From assembly GCA_964344565.1 (NCBI GenBank), contig CAYFNT010000020.1, positions 3,881-67,880 of the forward strand: a stretch of DNA of 64,000 nt, read 5' to 3'. A program made the translations under genes and the position numbers. This stretch comes from an uncultured bacterium. Lineage in GTDB: Bacteria > Krumholzibacteriota > Krumholzibacteriia > JACNKJ01. The notes under the pieces were generated by a model. The model searched no databases, was not told the origin of the DNA, and saw nothing but the letters and a program-made list of their open reading frames with translations. This document shows, piece by piece, positions 50,422-60,009 of the stretch (the stretch's first letter is position 1; every line of letters starts with the position of its first letter).

Positions 50422-51378
50422 ATGTCGCTCACTCTCGGCATCGACATCGGCGGAACCAACGTCAAGGGCGTGCTCCTGCATTCCTCCGGGCAATGCCTGG
50501 CACGCCGCCGCTGGAAGACCGCGGACTTCGGCGAAGGCCGCGAGATTCCCGCCAATCTGGCCGAGGCCATCACCGAATTCCTTTCCAGGAAGAAGCTGAC
50601 ACCGGGCAATCTGCTGGGCGTGGGCATCGCCTCGGCGGGGCTCATCGCGGACGACGTGGTGAAGACCTCTCCCAATCTTCCGCACTGGGAAAACGTGAAG
50701 CTCGCCGAGGGCCTGCGCCGCCGCCTGGGCAAGCGCGTGCTGCTGGAGAACGACGTGAACGCCCTGGCCTTCGGCGAGTGGAAGCTCGGGGCCGGCAAGG
50801 GCGCGAGCAGCATGATCTGCCTGGCCCTGGGCACCGGAGTGGGCGGGGGACTCATCCTCGACGGACATCTCTATAAAGGAAGCCAGGGTCTCGGGGCCGA
50901 GCTGGGGCACATGAGCATCGATCATGGGGGCCGTCCCTGCCTCTGCGGATCCTTCGGCTGCCTGGAGACCTATGCCGGCGCACGGGCCCTACGCCAGAGC
51001 GCCGAAGGAGCCTTGGCCCGGGGGGAAGCCGGCGCCGCGAGTCTGGCCAGATTCCTGGGCAAGCATCCGGCGGATCCCGAACGCTTGCATGCCGCGGCCA
51101 AGGCCGGCAAGACCCTCGCCGTCAGGCTCTTCGAGGAGGCGGGACGCGCTCTCGGCGTGGCCGTGGCCAACCTCGTCAACGGTTTGAACCCCGACCTCTT
51201 CGTGCTGGCGGGCGGCGTATCCAGCGCGGGGAAGTTCATCCTGGAACCTGCGCTCGCCGAGGCCCGTAGCCGAATCATGAATCCCAAGGAACAGAAGCTG
51301 AAGATCCGTTTGCGAAGCCTGGGCGATGACGGCGCCAGTCTGGGAGCAGCCCTCCTGGCCCGGGAACCCCGCGCATGA
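50422..51378 (+). CDS. ROK family sugar kinase (glucokinase-like)
   Basis: GIDIGGT, ENDVNA, LGTGVGGG, ELGH, CLCGSFGCLE. Confidence 0.93.
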   Translation: MSLTLGIDIGGTNVKGVLLHSSGQCLARRRWKTADFGEGREIPANLAEAITEFLSRKKLTPGNLLGVGIASAGLIADDVVKTSPNLPHWENVKLAEGLRRRLGKRVLLENDVNALAFGEWKLGAGKGASSMICLALGTGVGGGLILDGHLYKGSQGLGAELGHMSIDHGGRPCLCGSFGCLETYAGARALRQSAEGALARGEAGAASLARFLGKHPADPERLHAAAKAGKTLAVRLFEEAGRALGVAVANLVNGLNPDLFVLAGGVSSAGKFILEPALAEARSRIMNPKEQKLKIRLRSLGDDGASLGAALLAREPRA

Positions 51379-54300
51379 GACGCCTGGCGCTGCTGCTCGT
51401 CCTGGCCCTCCTGGCCGGGTGCATTCCCGGCAGGATAGTGCAGGAAGAGCGGGCGCCGCGCCCGGCGAGTCCCGACAGCGCCGACACCGAAGAAGAGCTT
51501 CAGCCTCCCGAGGCGGCCGAAGAGGATCCCGAGCTTCCCGAGGAACTTGCGCCGGTCATCGAGGTGCCCGACGACGAGGATGATCCACCTCCGGACGAAG
51601 AACTGCTGCGGGAGCGCTACGTCATCGAGGGCAGCTCCAGCGCCCTGGTGCGCGAGGGCGATCCGCGGATCTCCGAGATCCTCGACGTCTACGGCCAGAG
51701 CGATTCGCTGGAATTCTGGGGCGACAAGGGCACGCGCACCCAGAGCGACGGCCCTCCCGAGCGCGACGAGATCCGCCTGGTCGGCGACGTGAAGATCATC
51801 GATCGCCTGAGCACCATCACGGGCGAGATCGGCACCTACAGCCCCATCACTCGCATGGCGGTGATGGAACGCAATGTGGAGATCCTCGACGAGGGCGCGG
51901 TCATCCACTGCGGACGCGCGGCCTGGGACCGTCGTCGCCGGCGCAGCCTGCTCACGGAATCGGTGACCATCGACTACGAGGGCAAGACCATCCTGGCCGA
52001 CAGCGTGCGCTACGATCAGACGAGTCGATTCGCCGAGGCCTATGGGAACGTGGTGGTCATCGATCCCGATTCCGGGACGCGCATCGTGGGCGGCCACGGC
52101 AGCTTCGACCTGGAAGGCGAGATCACCCTGATGGATCGCGAGCCCGTGCTCTTCATGGAGGACGAGGGCGATTCCTCCCGCACCACGGCCCGCGAGATGC
52201 GCCACTTCCGCGCCGACAGCCTCATGGTGGCCGTGGGCGAGGTGCACTACGCCAGCGAGGACATCGACGCCTACGGCGACTCGGCCCTCTTCTTCCAGGC
52301 CCACGACCGCATGGATCTCTTCCAGGATCCCAGGCTCGAATGGAGCGACAACACGCTCAGGGGCGACAGCCTGCACCTCTTCTTCGAGGGCCGCAGTCCG
52401 AGCTACATGGAAGTGGTGGGCAGCGCCATCTACGAGGAGCAGAGCCCCGACAGCGCCTTTTTCGACAACCGGGCCACGCGCATCGAAGGAGAGCGCTTCG
52501 ACATCTTCTTCGAGGAGGACGATCTCAAGGAAGTTCGCGTCACCGGACCGGCCAGGAGCGTCTACACCCCCGACCTCGAGCCCGGCGAGGCTGCGCAGCT
52601 CCACGAAACCCGCGGCGACTCCATGAACTTCAGCTTCGCGGAGGAGGAGCTCGAGGAGGTGCACGTCATCGGAGCCTCCGAAGGGCAGTCCTGGAGCCTG
52701 GACAACTGGGAAGAGGGCTACCTCGAGGCCGACAGCCTTCCTCCCGCGCCCTTCCTCGACCGCGCCGGATCCTACAAGTACCGCGCCGAGGACATCCGAT
52801 TCCGCGTGGCGGACGAGGAGGTCTTCCTCGTCCGCGGCCCCGCCGAGATCGAGGACGATTTCACCCTGAAGGCCGATTCCATCCACCTGCACACGGGGGA
52901 CGAATTTCTCACCGCCCTGGGCAAGCCGGTCTTCCAGGACGGCGAGCAGGAGCTCTACGGCGTGCGCATGGAGTACGATCTGGCCGCCGGCGAGGGCATG
53001 GTCTTCGACGGCGTGACCACCCTGGGCACGGGATTCTTCTCGGGTCCGCGCATGAAGAAGGTGGGGGACGAGGAGATCAACGTCTCCGAGGCCCTCTACA
53101 CCACCTGCGATCTGCCGGCGGATCAGCACAGCGGATTCCACATGAGCCAGGTCAAGGCCGAGGGCGAAAAGGTCTACGCCGCACCCGTGACCCTGAAGAT
53201 CGGCAAGGTGCCCATCTTCACGGTGCCGACCTTCTTCCTCGACCTGAAGAAGGGGCGCCGTTCCGGAGTGCTCATCCCGAATTTCGAGTTCGGCATCAAC
53301 GCCGAGCGCCAGCGATTCATCCGGAACATGGGATACTACTTCGCGCTCAACGACTACACCGACCTGCTCCTGCGAGGTGACTACGTGGAGGACAGTTCGG
53401 TGCTGGGCTCGGCCACCTTCCGCTACAAGCGCCGCTACTGGCGCGGCGGCAGTTTCAACGGAGACTGGCGCTACGACCGCAAGAAGCAGTTCGGGGAGAC
53501 CGAGGGCGATTCCTGGGGCCTCTTCGGCAGCCACAGCATGACCCTGGGCGATACGCGCCTCACCGCCAAGGGCGATTACGCCAGCAGCTCCACCCTGCGC
53601 GAGATCGACAACTACACGGTGGATCAGACCATCAACCAGCGACTGAACTCGAGCCTGAACCTGTCCACCAAGCTCTTCGGCTTCATGCCCTTCAGCACGG
53701 GTTTCAACATGACCCAGTACCTCGGCAAGGAGGACGACGACCCCGATACGGACAATCTGCTGCGCGATGTGAGCACGCCGGTGTCGCTGTCCTGGCCGGG
53801 GCTCAGCGTTCCCCTGGGCCTGGGGCTCAAGCTCACCCTGCCTAGCTTCAAGTACTCGAGGACGTCCAAGACCTACGAGACCCGGAACGTGGTCACCGAG
53901 TCGCTGCCCTTCGGCACGACCCTTTCGAAGACCTTCAACGTCTTCGGCCTGACCCTGAGGCCCAGCGCCGGCACCTCGATCACCTTCCGGCGGAGCAGCG
54001 ATCCGGTGAGCGAGACCGTCTACGTGCCCTTCGGCGAGGGCGAGGGGCCCGACAGCGGCAGCCCCAGCAGTCCCGTGGGCGAGATCGATCCCCTACTCGC
54101 GGTGGAGAGCGAATACACCGAAGGTTGGAAGAGCACCCGCAGCAACACCGCGGGGCTCTCGGCCTCCATCAAATGGTTCGGACTGTTCTATCCCGGCGAG
54201 AACATGCCCACGTTGGGTCCCATCACCGCCATACGCCACACCTTCTCGCCCAGCACGAGTTTCAGCTACTCGGAGAATTTCTCCGAAGGGGTGCGCAGCG

Positions 54301-55079
54301 TGTCGCGGAGCATGAACATGGGGCTCGACCAGAGCCTCGACTTCAAGACGGGCGCCGGCGAGAACGAGAAGAAGTACAACGGCGTGCTGTCCTGGTCGCT
54401 CAAGACCTCCCTGAATCCTTCGCTGTGGCCCGACCAGGATCCCTGGGGCCGCCTTTCCAGCAACCTGCGCCTGAAACCGGGAGGAGGCGTGAGCATCCAG
54501 ATGAGCCATGCCTGGGATCCCAATACCTGGGACCTTCAGAGTTCGAATCTCAGCGGTAGCTTCTCCAAGACCCTCACCGTGCGCATTGGATCTTTTCTTG
54601 CGAAAGAGGAGCTGGAGGAAGAGGAAGCCGATGAGATCGAACTTCACCGTCCCGATCGGGACACGGGCGCGGGGGCTGTGCCTCTGGGCATTCCCGGGGG
54701 CTTCGGCGGCGGAACCGGTAGTTTCGGGTCGGGTATGGGGGGCGGCGGCGAACCCGGAGATCTCAGCATCAATACCAGCTTCAGCATGAGCCGCTCGGGA
54801 TCCGGGCAGCTCAGCCCCAATTTGCGATTGAACAGCAGCTTCCAACTCAGCGATAATTGGAGCCTGTCCTGGAGCGGCGACCTTCAGCTGGAGGAAGGCG
54901 GATTCGGGACCCAACGCCTCTCGGTGAGCCGGGACCTCCACTGCTGGGAGGCCCAATTCACGAGCTTGATTTTCCAGGGTGAACCGCAGTATTACTTTCT
55001 CATCTTCTTGAGGGAGCACCCAGAGGTCAAACAGGAATTCGGGAACCGGGGCGTCAGCGGCCAGAGCGGCATCTATTGA
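51375..55079 (+). CDS. lptD: LPS-assembly protein LptD with extended OstA/LptA-like N-terminus
   Basis: LLAGC lipobox; repeated ADS/GDS jellyroll strands; [28 protein letters not shown]. Confidence 0.85.
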   Translation: MRRLALLLVLALLAGCIPGRIVQEERAPRPASPDSADTEEELQPPEAAEEDPELPEELAPVIEVPDDEDDPPPDEELLRERYVIEGSSSALVREGDPRISEILDVYGQSDSLEFWGDKGTRTQSDGPPERDEIRLVGDVKIIDRLSTITGEIGTYSPITRMAVMERNVEILDEGAVIHCGRAAWDRRRRRSLLTESVTIDYEGKTILADSVRYDQTSRFAEAYGNVVVIDPDSGTRIVGGHGSFDLEGEITLMDREPVLFMEDEGDSSRTTAREMRHFRADSLMVAVGEVHYASEDIDAYGDSALFFQAHDRMDLFQDPRLEWSDNTLRGDSLHLFFEGRSPSYMEVVGSAIYEEQSPDSAFFDNRATRIEGERFDIFFEEDDLKEVRVTGPARSVYTPDLEPGEAAQLHETRGDSMNFSFAEEELEEVHVIGASEGQSWSLDNWEEGYLEADSLPPAPFLDRAGSYKYRAEDIRFRVADEEVFLVRGPAEIEDDFTLKADSIHLHTGDEFLTALGKPVFQDGEQELYGVRMEYDLAAGEGMVFDGVTTLGTGFFSGPRMKKVGDEEINVSEALYTTCDLPADQHSGFHMSQVKAEGEKVYAAPVTLKIGKVPIFTVPTFFLDLKKGRRSGVLIPNFEFGINAERQRFIRNMGYYFALNDYTDLLLRGDYVEDSSVLGSATFRYKRRYWRGGSFNGDWRYDRKKQFGETEGDSWGLFGSHSMTLGDTRLTAKGDYASSSTLREIDNYTVDQTINQRLNSSLNLSTKLFGFMPFSTGFNMTQYLGKEDDDPDTDNLLRDVSTPVSLSWPGLSVPLGLGLKLTLPSFKYSRTSKTYETRNVVTESLPFGTTLSKTFNVFGLTLRPSAGTSITFRRSSDPVSETVYVPFGEGEGPDSGSPSSPVGEIDPLLAVESEYTEGWKSTRSNTAGLSASIKWFGLFYPGENMPTLGPITAIRHTFSPSTSFSYSENFSEGVRSVSRSMNMGLDQSLDFKTGAGENEKKYNGVLSWSLKTSLNPSLWPDQDPWGRLSSNLRLKPGGGVSIQMSHAWDPNTWDLQSSNLSGSFSKTLTVRIGSFLAKEELEEEEADEIELHRPDRDTGAGAVPLGIPGGFGGGTGSFGSGMGGGGEPGDLSINTSFSMSRSGSGQLSPNLRLNSSFQLSDNWSLSWSGDLQLEEGGFGTQRLSVSRDLHCWEAQFTSLIFQGEPQYYFLIFLREHPEVKQEFGNRGVSGQSGIY

Positions 55080-55120
55080 CGCCGGTCCTTCCGAACCATG
55101 ACGCGTATTCAGGAGGAAAC

Positions 55121-55414
55121 ATGACCAAAGCCGATCTCATCGCCAAGCTGGCCGAGGAATGCGAACTGAGCCAGAAGGATTCGCGGGGAATCGTCGAGGC
55201 GCTTTTCGGGACGGAGCCCCGTTCCGGCATCATCGCCAACGCCCTGGAATCCGGTGACAAGGTGCAGATTACCGGCTTCGGAACTTTCGAAATCCGAGAT
55301 CGTAAAGCCCGGACCGGCCGGAATCCCCGTACGGGCGAGACCATCCAGATCGCCGCGTCCCGGGTTCCCGCCTTTTCCGCGGGCAAGGCCTTCAAAGACC
55401 GCTATTCCGCGTAA
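55121..55414 (+). CDS. HU/IHF family DNA-binding protein
   Basis: [43 protein letters not shown]. Confidence 0.96.
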   Translation: MTKADLIAKLAEECELSQKDSRGIVEALFGTEPRSGIIANALESGDKVQITGFGTFEIRDRKARTGRNPRTGETIQIAASRVPAFSAGKAFKDRYSA

Positions 55415-55430
55415 CACAACGGAGCAGGAA

Positions 55431-56771
55431 ATGCGAAAGACCAGCATCGCAGGGGGGACCTTGTCTCTCTTGCTTCTCCTCGCCGGACTGATCATGACGG
55501 TCCAGCCCCTTCTCGCCGATTCGGTAACCTATCTCTATGAGACGAGGGCGGTGGGTGAACTCGAACCCTGTGGTTGAAAAACCAAGCAGAAAGGCGGGAT
55601 CGCCCGGAGGGCGCTCCTCATGGACAAGGTTCGCAGCGAAACCGACCACGTGCTCGTACTGAACGGCGGCGACAACATCAGCGGGAAGAACGACACGGAA
55701 TGGCTACGCCAGTCCTACTTCCTCATGGACATCCTCACCGAGATCGGCATGGACGCGGTGGCCCTGCAGGGCACCGACCTGCGTATCGGCCTGGAAGACC
55801 TGAAGACCTACGAGGCGTCGGGGCTTCCCCTTCTCTGCGCCAACCTTCTGGATGAAGAGGGCAACAGCCCCTTCCCCGGATGGAAGACCTTCCAGTTGGG
55901 GGATGAGAAGGTGGGCGTTCTCGCGGTCACCGACGAGGCTGCCCAACGGGGCGGCTTCATGCCCGAGGGATATCACTGGGGCGACATCGACGAGGCCATC
56001 GACAAGGGCCTGGCCGAACTGCGGGCCGAGAACTGCGATCAGATCGTGCTCATGTACGGCGGACGCCGCAACAACGCCGTGGCGAAGGCCGAAGAGCTCC
56101 AGGGCGTGGATCTGGTCTACTACGGCAACAGCAGCAGCAGCCTGAAGACGCCCATCGTCACCGACGACGGCGCTCGGGTGCTGGTGGCCGGCAACCGCGG
56201 CAAGGATCTGGGCGAAATCACCCTCTCGCGCCTTGCCGACGGCAGCGTCGACTTCTCCGACTTCAAGATCCACGAGCTGGACGAGGCCTATCCGGACGAT
56301 CCCGAGATCCAGACCCGGGTGGACAACTTCCTCGAGGAGGCCAAGGAGCGGAAGAAGCGGGAAAAGCTCATCAAGGAGCTGGCCCGGAAGCACAGCGAGA
56401 ACGAGAGCACCGAGGCTTTCACGGGCACGGAGACCTGCAAACGCTGTCACATCCGTGAGTTCGAGATCTGGGCCGACAATCCCCATGCCCACGCCATGGT
56501 CAGCCTGGAAAACGAGTTCGAGGAGAACAATCCCGAATGCATCGGCTGCCACGTGACCGGCTGGGAGATGCCCGGCGGATACGGTATGGACCAGCGCAAC
56601 AATCAGATGCTCGCCTCGGTGCAGTGCGAGGCCTGTCACGGATACGGGACCACCCACGACCGCAATGGAGCCATCATGAGCGAGGCTCGCAACTCCTGCA
56701 CCCGTTGTCACGATGCGGAGTTCAGCCCCGATTTCGAGTTCAGCGACTACTGGGCCAGGATCGCCCATTGA
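55431..56771 (+). CDS. Secreted selenoprotein: UshA-like fold with CxU motif plus tetraheme cytochrome c domain (UGA read-through at 55575-55577)
   Basis: Signal peptide ORF and downstream 383-aa ORF share a frame, separated only by TGA in LEPCG*KTKQKGGIARR; CKRCH, CIGCH, CEACH, CTRCH. Confidence 0.85.
55597..55617 (+). promoter_or_regulatory. Putative bacterial SECIS hairpin
   Basis: gga-t-cgccc-[gga]-gggcg-c-tcc; G-first apical loop, 28 nt between UGA and loop. Confidence 0.6.
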
Positions 56772-57460
56772 AGAATTGGAAACCTGGCGCTGCGATTCTC
56801 ATCGCAACGGTCGCAACGCTACTGAACATCAGCCCGGGACGAGGGGATTCGAACCTCCGTCCCGGGCTTTTCGCGTCCTGGCGCATCGAACTGCTGGCCG
56901 AAGGCAAGCGCAGCGAGGAACGTTTCGCGGTCACCGTGGGAGAGGAGGTCGAAGAGAATCTTTGGCGCCTTGAAGTCGAGCAGGGAGAAGGGGGAGCGCG
57001 CTACGAGATTCTCTATCGAAGCGGAGGAGATCGCGCCGCCTTCGACCGCGAACGCATCGCAAAAGTGAGCAAACTACAGGACGGCCAGTGGCGACGCGTG
57101 GACGCGAGCGAACTTTCCCTGCTCGATCGTGTGCACGAGATGGAAACGAGTCTCGCCCAAGCCGAGGAGTTGGGCGATACCCTGGTCGCCGTCGGAGGCG
57201 CATCCACCATGGCCTGTCGTCGTTTGAGACTGGAAAACGAAGGCGAAACGGTGCAGGAGGGCGAGGCCGTTCGGCTTCGAACTCACTGGAGGGTCTCCGG
57301 CGAAGTGTGGGTATCTCCGGAAGTTCCGTTGGGCGCTTGGGTGCGCTACCGCGAAGAACGCATCACGAAAAAGTTTTCGGAGTTCTCCGGTCAGGTTTTC
57401 GAGGGCGAAACGCAAACGAGCGTGACCGAGTGGACGCTCGAAACTTTGCGGCTTCCCTGA
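56768..57460 (+). CDS. Exported hypothetical protein
   Basis: TTG overlapping upstream stop; hydrophobic leader; VWVSPEVPLG. Confidence 0.65.
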   Translation: MKNWKPGAAILIATVATLLNISPGRGDSNLRPGLFASWRIELLAEGKRSEERFAVTVGEEVEENLWRLEVEQGEGGARYEILYRSGGDRAAFDRERIAKVSKLQDGQWRRVDASELSLLDRVHEMETSLAQAEELGDTLVAVGGASTMACRRLRLENEGETVQEGEAVRLRTHWRVSGEVWVSPEVPLGAWVRYREERITKKFSEFSGQVFEGETQTSVTEWTLETLRLP

Positions 57461-57519
57461 GCGCAATCGCGCAGAGCGCGTCCAGACGCGCTGAAATGCA
57501 CTTCCCTTTCACTAGACCA

Positions 57520-57548
57520 TTGACATTGGTATTGCCATGCGATAACGT
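57520..57548 (+). promoter_or_regulatory. Putative sigma70 promoter
   Basis: TTGACA-17 nt-TAACGT. Confidence 0.5.
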
Positions 57549-57667
57549 GGCACCATATCTGGGGCTTTTCGGAGGCTGAATTGTCCGGACCTACAATATC
57601 TGGCGTTGGCTTTCGGAGAGTCCCGGAGAAAAATGGTGAGAGAAACCGTTTTGAAAGGGTGAGAGAA

Positions 57668-57880
57668 ATGGCTGAATCTGATCCCGCAGGGACAGGCTCG
57701 GGGATTTTGGTTCGGGACGTGGACTCAAGCACGAAATATGTAAAATACCATCGGCTCCACGCGATCGCAGAACGCGAGGGTCGGATTGACGGCAAGTATC
57801 GCTGCCCGGTTTGCGGCATGCGATACTTGGTTTTCGATGAGGCCGATGTCTGCTGCAAGAACGAGCTCCCAGAGAAGTAG
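57668..57880 (+). CDS. Small Cys-rich (zinc-finger-like) protein
   Basis: YRCPVCGMRY...DVCC; purine-rich RBS; start uncertain. Confidence 0.6.
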   Translation: MAESDPAGTGSGILVRDVDSSTKYVKYHRLHAIAEREGRIDGKYRCPVCGMRYLVFDEADVCCKNELPEK

Positions 57881-57908
57881 AGCGAAGAGGAACGAACGGG
57901 CAACCTCC

Positions 57909-58283
57909 ATGATCCAGTACTGCTCAGTCTGCAAGGATTACTATGACATGGAGGTCGTCGAGGAAGGCGGGGAGAGCGAGGTCACCTGGCTGCGCTGCCC
58001 CAACTGCCATGGCATCCTTCCTTACATGGAGTTGGACGAGGAGCCGGAGAAAGCCGCCGACAACGGCAAGTTCGGCATGGAGTCCTTCACCGAAGACGAT
58101 GTCGTCGAGTACGACGCCCGTTCCATCTTCGAAGTGGGGCACGTGATCTACCACAGGTCCTGGAACGACTACGGCAAGGTGACCGAGAAAATCACCCTGC
58201 CCGGCGGTCGAGCCGCCATTCGCGTCCAGTTCCTGCAGCAGGGCGACGTGCAGCTTTTGGAAAACGTACCCGATGAAGCCTGA
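57909..58283 (+). CDS. Zinc-ribbon plus Tudor/CarD-like small protein
   Basis: CSVC..CPNC; FEVGHVIYHRSWNDYGKV..IRVQF. Confidence 0.7.
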   Translation: MIQYCSVCKDYYDMEVVEEGGESEVTWLRCPNCHGILPYMELDEEPEKAADNGKFGMESFTEDDVVEYDARSIFEVGHVIYHRSWNDYGKVTEKITLPGGRAAIRVQFLQQGDVQLLENVPDEA

Positions 58284-59193
58284 ACGCCTTTTGGCGATCC
58301 TGCTATCCGTTTTGATCGCCGGGACGGCAAGTCCCGGCGAACTCATTCTCGAGAGTCCTCTCGACAATCTTTCCCTGCGACGGACCGCCCTCACTCGACT
58401 CGATCTCAGCAGCGAGATCTATCGCGGCGAGGAATGGACGGGCCTGCGGAACATCCTTCGCGTCCAGCGCGCTCTCGGCGAACACAGCGCCTGGTCCATG
58501 TACCTTCCCTGGATCTACAGCAGCGCGGAAGACGCCGGACTGGGCCTCCGGGGAAACCTGGGCGGCGGTTTCGCCTGGTCGCCGCCATGGCTGTCCTTCC
58601 TGCGACTGGGGGGAGAGGTCTGGCTGCCCTTCTCCGACGATCGTCTCGAGCCGCTGCAGGTCAAGCGGGGCTTTCTGCGCTGGTCCCTCGGTACAGGCTT
58701 CTCGGCCGGATCCCAGCGTATCGATCTGAACCTCAACCGCAGTTCCGAACTGCGGGGACTGCTCGGCGACGAGGAAGGCGATCCCTGGCAGGCCTGGACC
58801 GAAGGAGAACTGCGCTGGAGCTACGATCGCTGGAGCGGCTGGGCGCCGCAGCTTTCCGCGCGCGCGGCCTTTCGGGGCGGCGAATCCCTCTGGACCGAAG
58901 TGGGCGGAGGCTTTCGACTGCGCTGGTCGGAGTTCTGGAGCCTCGAGCTCGGCGGAGCCGCGGTACTGTCGGACCTTGCCGATCCTTTCCCTTCGCTGCG
59001 TGTGGGCATCGCCATCCGGCGCGACTTCCCAGATCCGGTCATCGAAGAGGATGCGGAAGATCCCGATGCGCTCAGCGATCTTGCCCGCGACGCCGCGGAC
59101 GGAGAGGCGATTCCCGCCGAGGAAAAAGGCGAAGTCCCCGCCGAGGATCCTCCGCCTTCCGAAAATGATAGTGAAAACGCGCCGAAGTCCTAG
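58273..59193 (+). CDS. Putative outer-membrane beta-barrel protein with acidic tail
   Basis: Signal peptide; Trp/Gly-rich amphipathic strands. Confidence 0.6.
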   Translation: MKPERLLAILLSVLIAGTASPGELILESPLDNLSLRRTALTRLDLSSEIYRGEEWTGLRNILRVQRALGEHSAWSMYLPWIYSSAEDAGLGLRGNLGGGFAWSPPWLSFLRLGGEVWLPFSDDRLEPLQVKRGFLRWSLGTGFSAGSQRIDLNLNRSSELRGLLGDEEGDPWQAWTEGELRWSYDRWSGWAPQLSARAAFRGGESLWTEVGGGFRLRWSEFWSLELGGAAVLSDLADPFPSLRVGIAIRRDFPDPVIEEDAEDPDALSDLARDAADGEAIPAEEKGEVPAEDPPPSENDSENAPKS

Positions 59194-59906
59194 CGGCTGC
59201 TGAGCAACTCCATCTCAAAGTGCCCGTAGCTTCCCAGGCGTCCGCCCTTTCCCTTCACGGTCACCCTCGTCTTCTGGTCGGGGACGATGTCGACGTCCTC
59301 CACGATGACCTCGGAAGAGAGCGTGTCCTGGTCGCCGTGGTCCTCGAAGCCGCTCACGTCATTGCCCACGACGATCTGAATGCGGTGGCGCCCCGCGGGC
59401 ACTTCCATGAGCAGGGGATCGAAGCGGTGACTGTTCCGCAGCACGATCCACTTGCCCTGGCGAAACTCCTTGTCCATCTCCCCGTCGCTGGCGTGGGCGT
59501 ATTCCAGGCCGTTCACGTAGACCCGCAGATGAAGGGTATTGATGGCCCTCATCTCCTCGGCCTCGTTCTCATGGCGATAGCGGACCGACGATTTCACCGG
59601 ATCGCCCTTGATGCTCACTTCCAGGAGGCCCGTGCCCTCGGGAGCTTCTTCGGCCGGTTTTTCGATGGTCACGGCGGCGGGCATGGCGCCCGTGGGGGCC
59701 ATGGCGAAATCATCGTCGAAGATGATGGCCGCGACGCGGCTGCGTTCCAGAGTGAGCGTACCCGCGAAATCGGTGGACAGCTGCAGATGCTCGGCATCCA
59801 GCTGGAGAACCTCGCCCTCGAGGCGACTGCCGTCGTCAAGATGGACGGTATCGGCCGACGACAGGGCGGCGATCAGAATCGTGAGAATCGCGAGACGTCT
59901 CTTCAT
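59190..59906 (-). CDS. Secreted hypothetical protein
   Basis: AAAGG RBS; signal peptide; DTVHLDDGSRLEGEV N-terminal module. Confidence 0.7.
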   Translation of the reverse strand: MKRRLAILTILIAALSSADTVHLDDGSRLEGEVLQLDAEHLQLSTDFAGTLTLERSRVAAIIFDDDFAMAPTGAMPAAVTIEKPAEEAPEGTGLLEVSIKGDPVKSSVRYRHENEAEEMRAINTLHLRVYVNGLEYAHASDGEMDKEFRQGKWIVLRNSHRFDPLLMEVPAGRHRIQIVVGNDVSGFEDHGDQDTLSSEVIVEDVDIVPDQKTRVTVKGKGGRLGSYGHFEMELLSSR

Positions 59907-60009
59907 GGCGGACCTTTCGAGGGTCTTGATCTCTCGTGTCGACTGTGGCAGCTTGGTTCGATTCTAAGGAGCCCTGTCCTTTTCGGCAAACCCTTTCCTG
60001 GAGGCACCC

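Noticed and set aside
55575..55577. Nonsense mutation/pseudogene or two-gene reading of the cytochrome locus
   Set aside because: The TGA sits in a CxU context with a downstream hairpin, and the heme domain needs the upstream signal peptide, so Sec is the better explanation
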